NCBI GenBank assembly: GCA_964016885.1
Contig: OZ024742.1
Coordinates: forward strand, 83,142,001-83,206,000
Source: Eledone cirrhosa
Taxonomy: Eukaryota
Reading direction: 5' to 3'
DNA length: 64,000 nucleotides
The first letter of the stretch is position 1. Each line of letters begins with the position of its first letter. The translations under genes were made by a program, and so were the position numbers. Shown here one piece after another: positions 1 to 13,441 of the stretch. The notes below the pieces were generated by a model. It did not search any database. It was given only the letters and a program-made list of their open reading frames with translations, and was not told where the DNA came from.

Positions 1-1566
1 TTCGCATTTCTTTCTGAAGAGCTCAAAGCAAATGTAGGTTTCAGGGAAATGCACAGAATTCGAGCGAAGTACATAACACGTTCCAATCTACTGTAAGCTA
101 TGTTAAGAAATACTTCCGTCATGCTCTTCTCAGTATACAAACACACACACGCTCGTGCTCGAGCACAACTACACACACATTCCTATGTATGCATTGCATT
201 TGATCTAGCGATCGTAGTAGTCCAAATGGGAGTAAATATCCAATAGTTATAACAGTATATTCTATAGAAAAATATTTTTATATGTTTTCAATATGACCGG
301 TATATGACAGAAAATCGTTGTCCAGTTAGCTTCATTACAGAAGTAACATTGATTTGCTGTGGATTCTATTTATATATGTAGAATAGCCTTGCCATACCAT
401 TGGAAACATTAAGGAAACTAATTTTCCCGTTCCATTCAGCTCTCTCTGTATATAAATGATAGATACTTGGCCTTAATTGACGCCCTATAACAGGACAAAC
501 ATACCCGTTATTATAACATATAGAACATTTAGATTTATCTTATTTCATTTACGAATAATCTAGAAATAATAAATGAATTATAAAACCAGGCGGAAAATTT
601 AATATGATCGAAAATCTTTAAAATTATTCTCTGATATCTGAGAATCAGATTCTTATTTTCGTTAATGTTGTCTATCAACAATGTCACATGACACGAATTA
701 TTACATTGTGTTTGGATACAAGAGAATTATCGTTTCACAAGATATGTTTTATTTAGAATTGCAGTCATTAATACTTCTCCTCCCCACTAAAAATGCAACT
801 ACACGCCACATTCATTGTTTTTATTGTAATTTATATTGGATTTGTTGCGTATTATTTTGCAACGTAGTTATATTAAGTTGTCCTTATATAGTGTAACTAG
901 AAATAGATTAGAATTTGTACGCAGTTTTCTCTGGGTGTTATTTAATAGAGAGTCAGTTTAGCTTTCTGATCTTCTTCATATTTAAGTATTTCTTTTGCAC
1001 TTATTCGCTACAAATATATCAATCAGGATAGAGAAAATAGAGATATTAAGGTATGAAGAAAGGCTATTGGAAATACTCACGTGGACAAGAACGCAGTGAG
1101 ATTATGAGGAGGGTGAAAATATGAGAGTGGCAGTAAAAGATGAAGAATGGTGTTGAGATTGGGGAAGTTAGGTCGAATGTATTGGAATAACAATATCTTT
1201 AAGATAATTGATAATTTTGACAGTGAACTTGTTACGTGCAGATGATTGACTATATAATTGAACTTGCATCTTGTGGAGAGACCATTAAACATTTTAAATT
1301 AGCATCTGGAATTAGAGATTTACAAAGTGAATTCAGCATGCTCTCAGTATAGAATGTTTGAAATTAGTAACATTTCTGGATAGTTTAATTTTGGTAACCT
1401 AGTTAATCAGGGTATAATAATTGCTGATCATTTCATTTTTACGGAGGAAAAGGAAAATCCACTGAAATTATTTCAACATGAGTACAGTCAGACGTAAAAA
1501 TAAATATTCCTTTTGTTTTGGCAACACTACAATTGTTGACCAAAATAACACAGTTGCAATACTAGA

Positions 1567-1854
1567 GAGGCACATGGCCTAATGGTTAGGATGCTTTCCG
1601 TTCAATCATAACCTCATCGGTTCAATTTCTGGACAGGCTGCTGTGTTGTGTTCTTGAGCAAAACATCTTTTCACATTGCTACAGTGCACTCAGCTGAGAG
1701 TGAGTACCAACTGTAGCTGGGAAGTTAATTCTGCGATAGACCGGCGTCCTATCCAGGGACAGTCTTGTACTTTGAATCACTTAACGGCAAGGAAACCGGG
1801 GATAAGTAGTGGCGTGATGAGCCTTTGGCTTAGAACAGACTTTAACTTTAACTA
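1567..1854 (+). mobile_element. tRNA-derived SINE (CORE-like body)
   Basis: A-box-like TGGCCTAATGG, B-box-like GGTTCAATTTC, body TTGTGTTCTTGAGCAAAACA...CACTCAGCTG, (ACTTTA)n tail; 9-bp TSD AATACTAGA at 1558-1566 and 1855-1863. Confidence 0.8.
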
Positions 1855-2789
1855 AATACTAGAAATACTACATTGATGTGTTCACTTACGCCATTTATGT
1901 ACCTACTCGTAATTCAGCTGAAGCTGAGTTCGTTGTTGATCTATTACAAACCAATCCAATACCAAACAAATAGAAATAATTATTTATCGTGTCACTGTCT
2001 ATATAAAGCAGTAGAGCCATATTTAAAATCCATTTGTTCATGGATCACCATGATCAAATAAAAACTAACTATACATAATGCAAACAGAGAAAAGTAACAA
2101 AACAGTCACCTATAAAAAGCAACGCAGAAGATAATCTACAATAAAAACGGTAGATAGGAAGGTCTTTTTTAGTCGGTCGGGGTGCTAGAAATAACAACCG
2201 CAGTACCTTCTGTTCTGAATCTAGCTCATTAAAAAAAGGGAATCGTTACATTATACAGTTCTAAATATTTCTATAAAGAGGGGATGGTCATGCATTTCTT
2301 TTGATAATCGGTCCACTTGATCACGGCTGACATAAACGCAAAGATCTAATTAGCAAACACGCCTACTGTAACACTTGCTTTCTTTGCAAAAGTAAAACAG
2401 TAAAATCCACAGGGAAAAAAGTTGAGCTAAGCCAGCAACTCAAGTCCAACATTTCCAAAACATCTGTGCAGTGATGATAAAGAAAAGACCAACTCTACGA
2501 ATAGAAGACATCGATTGATAGAACTGACTTGGAAAAAAGAAATGTATTGAGATAAGTGAAAGAGAATTTGAAAGGGACATGCACATTAATATTGGAAATC
2601 GGCAGCGTAAGGAGAAAACAACAGAATTTACAGTAGAGATGTTAACAAGCTGAGAGAAGGCGCGGAGTTATGACAGAGAAACACAATAGAAATAAAAACA
2701 TATGCATTCACGCTGCGCGTCAACATGCACAATCAGGCAAGAATAATATATATAACAAATAAATGAACTAGTTACTTTCCATAAATATT

Positions 2790-2980
2790 GCTTGCGCAGA
2801 ATCATTGGGTATCGCTATAATGGCAGGTTCCTTGATGGTGATCTTCTCAGGAAATATGACAATTCGTTTACTCCAGATTTTCTTATCACGCCATTGTTTA
2901 GATATACTGGTAATGTAATTCAAACACGTGAGGAACACCAAGCATGTGTACTTGCCATGGTAGCATATTTAGTGTAATAA
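2790..2980 (+). pseudogene. Highly degenerate RTE-type LINE ORF fragment
   Basis: LRRIIGYRYNGRFLDGDLLRK resembles the RTE post-RT motif LRRILGxxWxDxxSNxELL. Confidence 0.4.
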
Positions 2981-3750
2981 ATGTCTATACCACATCTGGT
3001 AATAAGGATTGAGTTTCTTCTAATTTTGGAGATATTCTTTACCACATTACACCACATATATATAAAAGAGGAAAGACAATGTGATTTCAAGGATCCATGT
3101 CACGATTTCCTAGATTATCATACAGAATTGTCTCCAGATTATCTCAAAAAGCTATTAGGTTAGGTTTTAATCACATGTTAAAACTATTTCTAAAAGTAGG
3201 GTTGATGGCTCAATGAAATATTATTTAAAGACAGGAATATATTTGACTGTATATTTATATTTATTTGGCTTTTGTCACGGAAAAATATCATAGTGATCAC
3301 AGCATTTGAACCACTCATCTTTCGAGTGTAGTAGTTACTAGTTATCATGGCACAAAATATACAACGGCATAGATACATAATAAAACAGTTACTCACATCG
3401 CATGTGACTAGAACAAAAACAAGAACTACGACCACTACTTCAACAGGAATGCACACCTTCATCAACAACCTTATTTCTCACACTACATTTACCAAGCCGA
3501 CACTGCCGACGGCGTCAGCAGCGAAAACAACAAATAATAAACAAAAATAAACAATATAAACGGTAACAAAATGTTTGTGATAAAAAAAAAATGTTGAGGG
3601 GGGTGAGAATATGTTTGGATCGATGGCAATTAGGTTTCAGGAATAGAATTACAGCTATAACTAATTTAACAAGATACTAACTACCTAACCCTCCTTTCTC
3701 ACTCTCGTTTGACTCTTCTATTTCTAGCCGTTTTTCTTCTTCTGGTGTAG

Positions 3751-4056
<306 letters not shown>

Positions 4057-4062
4057 TTAGAT

Positions 4063-4526
4063 TGAAACGAAATTTCATTTCTAATTCTTAGTACGGCAGT
4101 TACTTAAATGTAAGTATGTATGTATACGTACATACATATATGTATACAGACGTACAGTAGTATGTTTATATATACATACATGCACACATATATATATGCA
4201 CGTATCGGTTTACCGAACATTTATTATAATTCTCGGTTTGTTTGTAAACAAAAAAACAGCCCGAATTACGCCGTACAATGTTTAGTCAACCACGTCACCT
4301 TTTTGTTCAACACTGACACAGGAACGATGTACTAGTTTCAAGCTTATTAGCTATCGTCAGCATCGTATACCTTTATGCCAGATGGTTGAACGTCTGAAAG
4401 TATATACTTTCCTTATGCATATTAACGGCTGAGCAGCCTAATTTGCATATCGAGTGAGTTTAGTTCCATTCTATTCCATTTAACGTTTTCAGTGCGCCCG
4501 GCCGACTATACTCACTCGTTATGCAA
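4063..4526 (-). mobile_element. Non-coding HHR-bearing foldback element (family A), second arm truncated
   Basis: Reverse-complement match to about 21415-21945 including the central spacer; starts at the (GA)n array. Confidence 0.85.
4324..4366 (-). ncRNA. Minimal type I hammerhead ribozyme
   Basis: Minus strand ACGAUG-CUGACGA-U-AGCU-AAUA-AGCU-U-GAAA-CUAG-UA-CAUCGU: 6-bp stem I, palindromic stem III ACUAGU, GUA site. Confidence 0.9.
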
Positions 4527-6638
4527 CCCCTCCACCTTCCACATTTTTCCATTCCCACCCACCCCCCACCCCTCCTTCAAACGCGCACGCAATCTCCGCA
4601 CCCTCCTCGTCCGCACTTCCCTACCCCCCAACCCACGCTCTTCTTTCCCCCCGGTTCCCTTCCCTGTTCTAGGCCTCGTTGCAACACCTGCCCCCACATC
4701 ACCAACACCACCACCTTCCAGGGTCCCAACGGCTACTCTCTCTCTGTGCGGCACGCCTTCCGCTGCACCTCCTCCAACCCAGTCTATGGACTGGACGTCG
4801 CCTGGCGGACCGTTTCACCGAACACCTCCGGGATATTTGTCTCGGCGGGAGTTCCACCATCGCCCGCCACTTTGGCTCCCCTGGACATTCCGCGCACCAC
4901 CTCACAGTCTGTGGCCTACTCCAATGCCACGGAACAACCGCCACCCGCCTCATGGTCGAACAACGCACCATCTTAACCCTACAGACCCACACGCCTCCCG
5001 GCCTGAACGCCCCACCCCTATTCCTTTAACAACCAAACCCACCCACCCCAGCCAAACCCACCCACCCCAAAAGTCCAACCCCACACACATACATATCCTC
5101 CACTAACACCACTAACACACTCCTCCTTTTCACTGCCCACCACCTTGGCCCACCTCGCAACTAACAATACTAACACCCCCACCCACCCCCGGCAACCCTC
5201 CCTGAACTAACAATACTAACATGCCCACCCCTCCCCCTATCACGTACACACCCACCTGTACATATATACACGCACTCACACTATCCAGACACCCTACTAC
5301 CACCACTAACCCTCACCCACATTTCCACCCCAACCACCCCACAACTAATACCACTAACATACCCCCGACCCCACGCACACGAACACACACATCCACACCC
5401 ACTTACACCACCCACTCTACACTCCCTACCACCACTGACCCCCACTAATACACCCACATTCAACCCTTTCCCCACCACCAATATACTAATACCCACTAAC
5501 AACCCCTTCACCACATACACTACACTCCCTCCACTCCCCCCACATCTTGTCTCTCCCTCCCCCCTCGCTCCACCCACACCCCTTCACACACACACACTTC
5601 CCACTAACACGTCTACTAATACACACCCCATCACCCCATGTGACCCCCTCCCCACTCCACCTTTCACACCTACCCATCCTCTCGCCTGTCCACCGCACCT
5701 CCGCACACACAGACACACTGACTTTCTCCACCAGCCATTCTCCTCTACTGCTGCTATGCCTTCTCCTGCCTTAACCCTCTGAACACTTCTCCGCACACAG
5801 AGACACACAGTCCCCTCCACCTGTCATTCTCCTCCACCTTCATCCTGCCTTGCCCCTTTGACCACTTCCTGTTGCACGCGCACCCCACATCTCCCCTCTT
5901 CCGACCACCACAACCAACGGATTACACACCACCGGCCATCGTTCCAACTATCCACTCCATAACATGGAAAATATCCGGCAACTCTTCACATCCTCTACGG
6001 AACTACTTTAGGAACTTAACCATGGACATTCACTCACAATTTTTTTTCGAACCACGCCACCTACATCCACAAAACGTTTAAACACCAACACACACATGCG
6101 TACCCCCACATATATAGACACTCAGCCTCCGGAATCCTACCCCCCCCCCCCTATGACCCCTCCCCCACCACACACACCAACCTACACCCACTCCCCACAC
6201 ACACCTGTTCCTGAACATGGAACCTCGTTCTTCCCCCAACTCTCACATACACACACACACACACAGACACGTACACCTACACAAACAACACCTTCAGCCC
6301 TCCCCGCTCGGACACCCCGCCTACCTCTCCCCACTCAGGCCACCACCACTCCTACAAGCCCCACACCCTTCCACCACTTTATCTTCATGTTTCTTTTTAT
6401 TTTTATTTGTACCCCTTCCACCGTTTTCCTCCCTCCCCCCCCCGTTTTTATTCTAAATGTCTCTCCCCCACTCCCCCACACACCCTCGGAACTCGCTTCC
6501 CACCCACTTTTCTCCTGAAGAAGGGCTTATGCCCGAAACGTCGTTCCCCATCCCACCCCACACTCTCAAGAGCGTGAAACTAATAAACCTTTCTTTGTAC
6601 TGCCTCTCTGTTTTGTTCCCGTTCCCTTTTTCACTACA
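4527..6638 (+). mobile_element. 5'-truncated Penelope-like element: linker + GIY-YIG endonuclease remnant (4527-5029) and long C/A-rich 3' region
   Basis: Frameshifted pieces SFKRARNLRTLLVR, PCSRPRCNTCPHI, FRCTSSNPVY, TGRRLADRFTEHLRDI, IARHFGSPGH, EQRTILTLQTHTPPGLN; HHR core and AATAAA near the 3' end; ends in (TA)n. Confidence 0.9.
6511..6545 (+). ncRNA. Minimal hammerhead-like motif in PLE pseudo-LTR
   Basis: CUGAAGA-A-GGGC-UUAU-GCCC-GAAA-CG-UC; stem III palindrome ACGU; stem I not evident. Confidence 0.7.
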
Positions 6639-7134
6639 TATATATATATATATATATATACACATAGATATACATATAATATATACACATATATGTGCAA
6701 GAATCTGTCGTACTGTGTGTGGTTGTGAGTGAATATTACATATAGGCCAGCATATGCATATATATACACACGAAGCCATATTCAATGTTATTTCATCTTT
6801 CTTGTCTTTCTTACTGCCATTCTTTACATCTTTTTGCACAAACTGTCACCTCTGTAATATGTTTGCCAAAATCACACACAGGCATTTCCTCTCCGTAACA
6901 GTCACATGCATGATTTGTGTGAATATAAAGTAAGTCTATGCGCATTCACAGTTACACTCAAGCTCTCTAGAGTCTATAAGTACCATCTATTTTTCTTTTT
7001 CCTTTCCGTTGCATCTCTTAATCTCAGGCACATTTCTATATACACACTAGCACACACATGTAATTTAATGAAGCTTCAATTCCTTGTAAAGACAAGTGAC
7101 ACACAGAAACAAACAGAAACACACATATACACAA

Positions 7135-7230
<96 letters not shown>

Positions 7231-7242
7231 GTATATATATTC

Positions 7243-7299
<57 letters not shown>

Positions 7300-7301
7300 G
7301 G

Positions 7302-7845
7302 ACAATATTTAATGAGGGCTCATATATTCTAAACCGTTTATACGATTTCTTTGAAATTTTTTACAGAGCTTCTCCTTGCAAAAAACCTGTACATGATCTA
7401 CAAAGGCTTTCAAAAATCGATATTGGGGCCTTTGGAGACATTAAAAAGGTTTCGGTTATTTGTGTCAATTTTCGTGATTAAGTAAGAGAAGAGTTATCTT
7501 TCGTCAATATAATAAGAACCCATTGTTGATGTTGTCAAACATTTTGTTTTGGGATTTTGATTATTACAATTCGGCTCATTCGGACTTTACTTTACTCTTT
7601 GTACTTGAAACAAAAGGTTTTAATGTTGTCAAAAGATTTTTTACCTAGACTGGATTTCTGTTGTTACATGTGATAACGGATGACACCGAGCTCACATATT
7701 AATTATTTCGCTGGAAAGTGCCTAAGGTTTTCATGTTTACATAAAGTATGTTTTTCTTCTATTTATTCAAATTTACTTTGTTTAGTTTAATGAGCTACAT
7801 CGAACACTACTTGAACCGCCGTCCAGAGGACGGATATTTTAGCTA

Positions 7846-7846
<1 letters not shown>
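7302..7846 (+). mobile_element. Non-autonomous Helitron-type element (3' end clear, 5' boundary approximate)
   Basis: Hairpin CCGTCC-AGA-GGACGG (7819-7833), then CTAG (7843-7846) followed by T. Confidence 0.6.
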
Positions 7847-7913
<67 letters not shown>

Positions 7914-7919
<6 letters not shown>

Positions 7920-8546
7920 ATACTTTGGGGGGGTCATGTTGCCAATAAGAAACACACGCACCAGTTGCTCTCACTTCAATTTATTATAATACATTTATAA
8001 ATTTAGGAATTTAGGAATTAACCAAATTTAGGAATTAACCAAAATTAAATAGAACATATGAGTGGAACAGCAACATCACAACTTACAATTAAGGACAAAA
8101 GGAAAACACACACACACACATAGAACAAACAACCAACCGGTAACATGTAAATAAACAAATAAATAAACAAATATAAACACACACAGACACCCGGATGTGG
8201 CGCATGCGCAGACTGAGCACACAACACACACACAGAAGCAAAATGGCGTAGGACAGAACAAAGGAGAGACACAAAAACAAAGAAAAGAATCCCCAGTCAC
8301 TGACGAGGTCACAGAATGTGTGACAAAAGGACTTTGACAATATATAAACAACTATCTGGTTGTGGAACCAACCAACCAACCAGAAATTTATAAATTCCTA
8401 AATTTATAAATTTATTATAATAAATTGAAGTGAAAGCATCTGGTGCGTGTGTTTCTTATTGGCAACATGACCCTCCCAAAGTATAACAATATCGGTTTCA
8501 ACACACGATTTCAGATAAAGAATCTTGCTAAACAAATTCAGAAACG
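7914..8546 (+). mobile_element. PLE pseudo-LTR-derived element with about 100-bp inverted ends and a degenerate HHR (8296-8338)
   Basis: 7914-about 8016 is inverted at about 8390-8490; terminus ATGACCCTCCCAAAGTATAACAATA matches the PLE end at 14694-14718; GUCA-CUGACGA-G-GUCACA..UGUGAC-AAAA-GGAC-UU-UGAC; (TA)n on both sides. Confidence 0.8.
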
Positions 8547-8740
8547 ATATATATATATATATATATATATTGCCTGTGTGTATAGTCGCAACAATCACTA
8601 AAGAATGTACTTTCAATGAATATAATCATAGAGGTAAACATTCAACTTGCGTATTCCCACCTAATTATTCTGAACTTCGGGTCCCGAAGGAGGTATACGG
8701 CAGTTTGACATGTATTTCATACAGTATATATATACTATAA

Positions 8741-9170
8741 ATTATGTCCTTAGAATCATTTGATAAGATATATACTCAATTTGCTCTCCCAATTAGCATA
8801 ATCAACCACACAAGAAACCAATTAAACCAGGCTATAAGATTAAAAGGCATCTGTGAAGATATAATAGATAAATAAACGATAGCCATTTATTCGCGATCAA
8901 CTGCCATAGAATATTTACCCATCATTTCAATAGCACGTGGAAATCGATTAAATATATCGTCACTCATATAAAATTAAAGTTAGAAGAAAAAATGCATATA
9001 CACATACCAGGATTACGTTTCTACCCTTAGGGTTTAGTCGCTTTCGGAAATATCCTATCAAGAATAAATTCTGGAGCTTCGAACTCATCAGGAAACAAAC
9101 TCACTTGGACAAAGTATATCAAATGGTTCTAAGGACATAATGTATAGTATATTGCTCTGATTATTTAATT
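8741..9170 (-). mobile_element. Non-coding element with 25-bp inverted ends and long-stem-II HHR (9016-9097, minus)
   Basis: ATTATGTCCTTAGAATCATTTGATA / TATCAAATGGTTCTAAGGACATAAT; homologous to 9888-10580 and 35663-36090; GAAA box mutated in this copy. Confidence 0.75.
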
Positions 9171-9256
9171 TATTAATTCATCATTGAGCCACGTCGTGAA
9201 TAGTTGCCAAAAACATATCTATGACTCTGTCTAGTTTGTGTATATGTAAATCTTTA

Positions 9257-9290
<34 letters not shown>

Positions 9291-9887
9291 GTTAGTTGGT
9301 TTGGTTTACAATATTATTGGATTAAACTATTCAGACTGGCACTTATCATGGCCAATCAGAATGGAATAATTTTTTTTAACAAAAATATTGCCTGAACCGA
9401 TGAAAAAATACATTGGTCAAGACGAGATAAAGAGATGAAGAAGGATCCGACTCATCTTATAGATTCCTAGTAGGAGAAGCAGATATGTGAGGGAGACATG
9501 CCAGAAGCAACAACATGTATAGAACAATAAAGTCGTCGACAGAAATGCTATATTCATTTCCTAGTTTAATAGATCACCGTTACATTCTTTGATCATCACG
9601 GATAGGTATCCATTTCGGAATGTTTGCTTCCATTCATTTGTGATATATTTTACATAATATACCGTATATACTTGAATATAATCCGATCCGAATATAAGCT
9701 ATCTTCCTATTATATGACTGATAAATAAACGGAAATTCAAACCCCGTTCATAAACCGAGACAGCTATTCAAAACATTTTTCAAATAGCGTAAATAAGTCA
9801 CTGTCCTATCAAATTAGATAATTAAAGAAATTAATACACTCACACACACACACACTTATATATATATTTATATATATATATATATAT

Positions 9888-10580
9888 ATCATAAATCATG
9901 TCTATAGAATCATCAGATATTAAAATATATACTATTTCTTCTTCTTCTAATTAGCATAATTAACCATATACAAAATAAAATCTAGCAAGCTTTAAGAATA
10001 AATGTTTATCTCCCAATTGGTTGAGATTAAATTTGGCGATATATGGCTGCACTTTCTAGTAGCAAGCCTACCCGCCGTAAGCAACCAATCACACACTTTC
10101 TCTCTGGCTGGTACACAGCTACATAGCGATTTTAGCCATTTTTTTATCTAAATTTGGCGCGATCGGTTAGAAAAACTAAATGTCTGATTTTGAGTTTATC
10201 TCCTGAAGAATCCTAACTCTGGAAATTCATATTATTTGGTTGTCCTAAATAAGGAAGAAACCATGGTAGAGATATAATTACGGTATGTGCGCATTTCTTC
10301 TAATTTTAATTTTACTACTAATTGTGTGTGGTTGATGGTATATTTGGTCGGATTCTGCATGCTGCCGAAATGTTGGATAAATAATGGAACGGGGCTGCCG
10401 CGAAGAGGCTACGATCAATTGTTTGTCGGAGATTTCCCCATAAGAAAATTTATTCTTAAAGCTTGCTAGATTTGATTTTGTATATGGTTAATTATGCTAA
10501 TTAGAAGAAGAAAGAGTATATATTTTAATATCTGATGATTCTATAGACATTATTTATGATATAATGCTCTGATTTTTTTA
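9888..10580 (+). mobile_element. Non-coding element with about 115-bp inverted ends and an HHR
   Basis: 9888-10003 is inverted at about 10449-10560; short extra tail on the right. Confidence 0.85.
10197..10274 (+). ncRNA. Type I hammerhead ribozyme with long loop II
   Basis: UAUCUC-CUGAAGA-A-UCCU-(long loop)-AGGA-A-GAAA-CCAUGG-UA-GAGAUA; palindromic stem III ACCAUGGU. Confidence 0.85.
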
Positions 10581-10662
10581 TTTTAATTTATTAATTCTTC
10601 ATTGAGCTTAAAAGTGAAGAGTTGCAACATATATATATCTTTAATTTTATGTATATGATAAC

Positions 10663-10706
<44 letters not shown>

Positions 10707-10738
10707 ATATATATCTTTAATTTTATGTATATGATAAC

Positions 10739-10795
<57 letters not shown>

Positions 10796-12165
10796 TATAT
10801 ATGTATATATATATATATACAGAGAGAGAGAGAGAGAGTGAGAGAGAGAGAGAGAGAAAGAGAGAAGGGGAGGGGGGATATGTGTACACGTGTACATCTA
10901 TTCCCTAATTTGCCTTTATATTGTTTATCATTTTTTTTTCATCGTTCTTTTTTCGGCAAGTATTTGGGAAAACTATTCTGAAATATAGACACATAGACAC
11001 ATAGACACATAGACACATATGTAGAATCATGAATACAGAGTCTTATTGACACATACATTCGTGTACACATATGTACGCGCGCATGCACACACAAACGAAT
11101 GCATACCCAAACTCACACAAACAAACTCAGCCAACAACAGTCTCTGTATACAATAGTTTTACCCGCCTAACTATTCTGCATTTATCGACTTTCCGCCTAA
11201 TAAATTTCACCATATAGTAATAAATCTGAACTGTTTTGTTGTAAGTCACTTTTTGTTTTCTTGTCTTGTTTTTTCTTTAGTTTTTTCAGGAATGGGGTAT
11301 GTTTGTTGTCATTTATGGGGTATGTACTTGTCATTTATTTATTAATGTTTGTTTCCATAAATTATTTTGATCGATGTAGATGTGTTTATTTTTCTTATTC
11401 TTATATGTTAATATGCATGTTGTTGATGATGGTGCGGATGATGATAATGGTGATCATGATGTGATGGTGATCATGATGAGAAGGGTGATCATGATTGATT
11501 TGGTGGTACACGTGATGATGATAACGATTGAAATGAAGAGGATGATGATGATATTACTTGCCAGGTTAGTGATTATGAAAGTGGAGGTGACGTTATTGTT
11601 GGTGTTGACAGTGATAGTTAGGCTTATGATGATGATGTTCATTACTGTGATAATAATAATGATAATGTAAATAAATATAATGATGACGAAAATAATGATG
11701 ATGATGATTATGACGATGATAGTTATAATGATGAAGATTGTGGTAAAGTTGTGTATTATGGTGAAATAGAAGGTGTTCGAAGGTTGGTAAAGATGTGGAA
11801 AATAAATTGATTAAATTGATGATGATATTGATGGCGTTTAGAATGAGGCTGAGTATGATGTTTATATTAACGACGACGATGAAAATACCTATGAGGATGA
11901 CTATGATGTGCCTGATGATAAGAATGAAGATGATATTGAATGATAATAATATTGATTATGAATGATAATTTTGTTTTAAGAATTCCCGGTTCTCTTTTTC
12001 TGCTTGGTGATTCGTTTTCATATTCGTTTTCAAAACAGATTTATTCCTGTTTCCCTCTCTCTTAGTGTATATATGATTTAATCTGTTTCTTCGCATCCGT
12101 GTATATATGTATCTCAAATATACTCTCTGTTTATATGTAGATATTGTTATTGTATGTACGACTAT

Positions 12166-12198
<33 letters not shown>

Positions 12199-12528
12199 TT
12201 TGTTTAAGCATCTGTATGCGGATATACGTTTATTTTAGAGGGTAGCAGTTTTTATTTCTCTCTCTTTTTCTCTTTTTCTCTTTTTCTCTTTTTCTCTTTT
12301 TCTCTTTTTCTCTTTTTCTCTTTTTCTCTTTTTCTTTATTTGTTAACACGCCCCCAACATCATTTCTTTCTTTATCTGCTACTTATTCCTTTTCCTTCCC
12401 CTTTCACTCCCAGTTACTTTTTCACACTGACATTCTCTCGTTCTCTGATTTCTGTGTCGCTTTGAGCCGTTACATATTTATAAGTATTTTTGTTCATATA
12501 CATATTTGCATATATATATATACATGTT

Positions 12529-12723
<195 letters not shown>

Positions 12724-12759
12724 TTGCATATATATATATATATATATACATATATATAA

Positions 12760-12812
<53 letters not shown>

Positions 12813-13259
12813 CATAGAGAGAGAGAGAGGAGGGTGATAGATATATTATATGGATAGGTAGATAGATATATAGATTGACAGATATACATGTACAGTTTCT
12901 TTTTATAGTTTCCCTTCGAGGAATACAAACATTCAAATATTGGCAATAAAATATAGATGCAGTGAAATCTGTTTGGTAGTATTTAAAAACTTCTGAAATC
13001 AATTATTTATAAATAGTGAGATAGTCTTAGACAGAAAGGGATAGCAGATGTTTACAAATAGAATATAGATAGTTAAACTTCCATAATATCAAACATACAC
13101 ATGCAAACACACATATATAAACGTACACGCGTGCATGCTGATATATTTCCAAATACACAATTCACTCTCCTATGTATACTGACATATGTATTTGTTTACT
13201 TGTATGCAGAGAGAAAACGTAGAAAATGAACGATATATAATAAACACACACACACTTTG

Positions 13260-13321
<62 letters not shown>

Positions 13322-13441
13322 ACTCTTTCTCACTCTCTCTCTCTCTGACACACTCACGCGCATATATATATATATGTGTGTGGGTGGGTGTATGTGTGTG
13401 TGTGTATGAATATATTTATATATATATATATGTATATATAT

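Noticed and set aside
4-75. CTGAAGA-GCTC...GAGC-GAAG hammerhead-like motif at the window start
   Set aside because: GAAA box altered, no stem I, a competing hairpin (4-18/40-52) covers the core, and upstream context is missing; not counted
6780-7040. Cys-rich peptide bits on the minus strand (CNCECA, CDCYGEEMPVCDFG) as a possible host exon
   Set aside because: Interrupted by stops in every frame; no recognisable domain
10531-10560. CTGATGA in the inverted end of the 9888 element
   Set aside because: No downstream GAAA or stem III
11380-11960. Met/Asp-rich ORFs
   Set aside because: Degenerate (GAT)n low-complexity sequence
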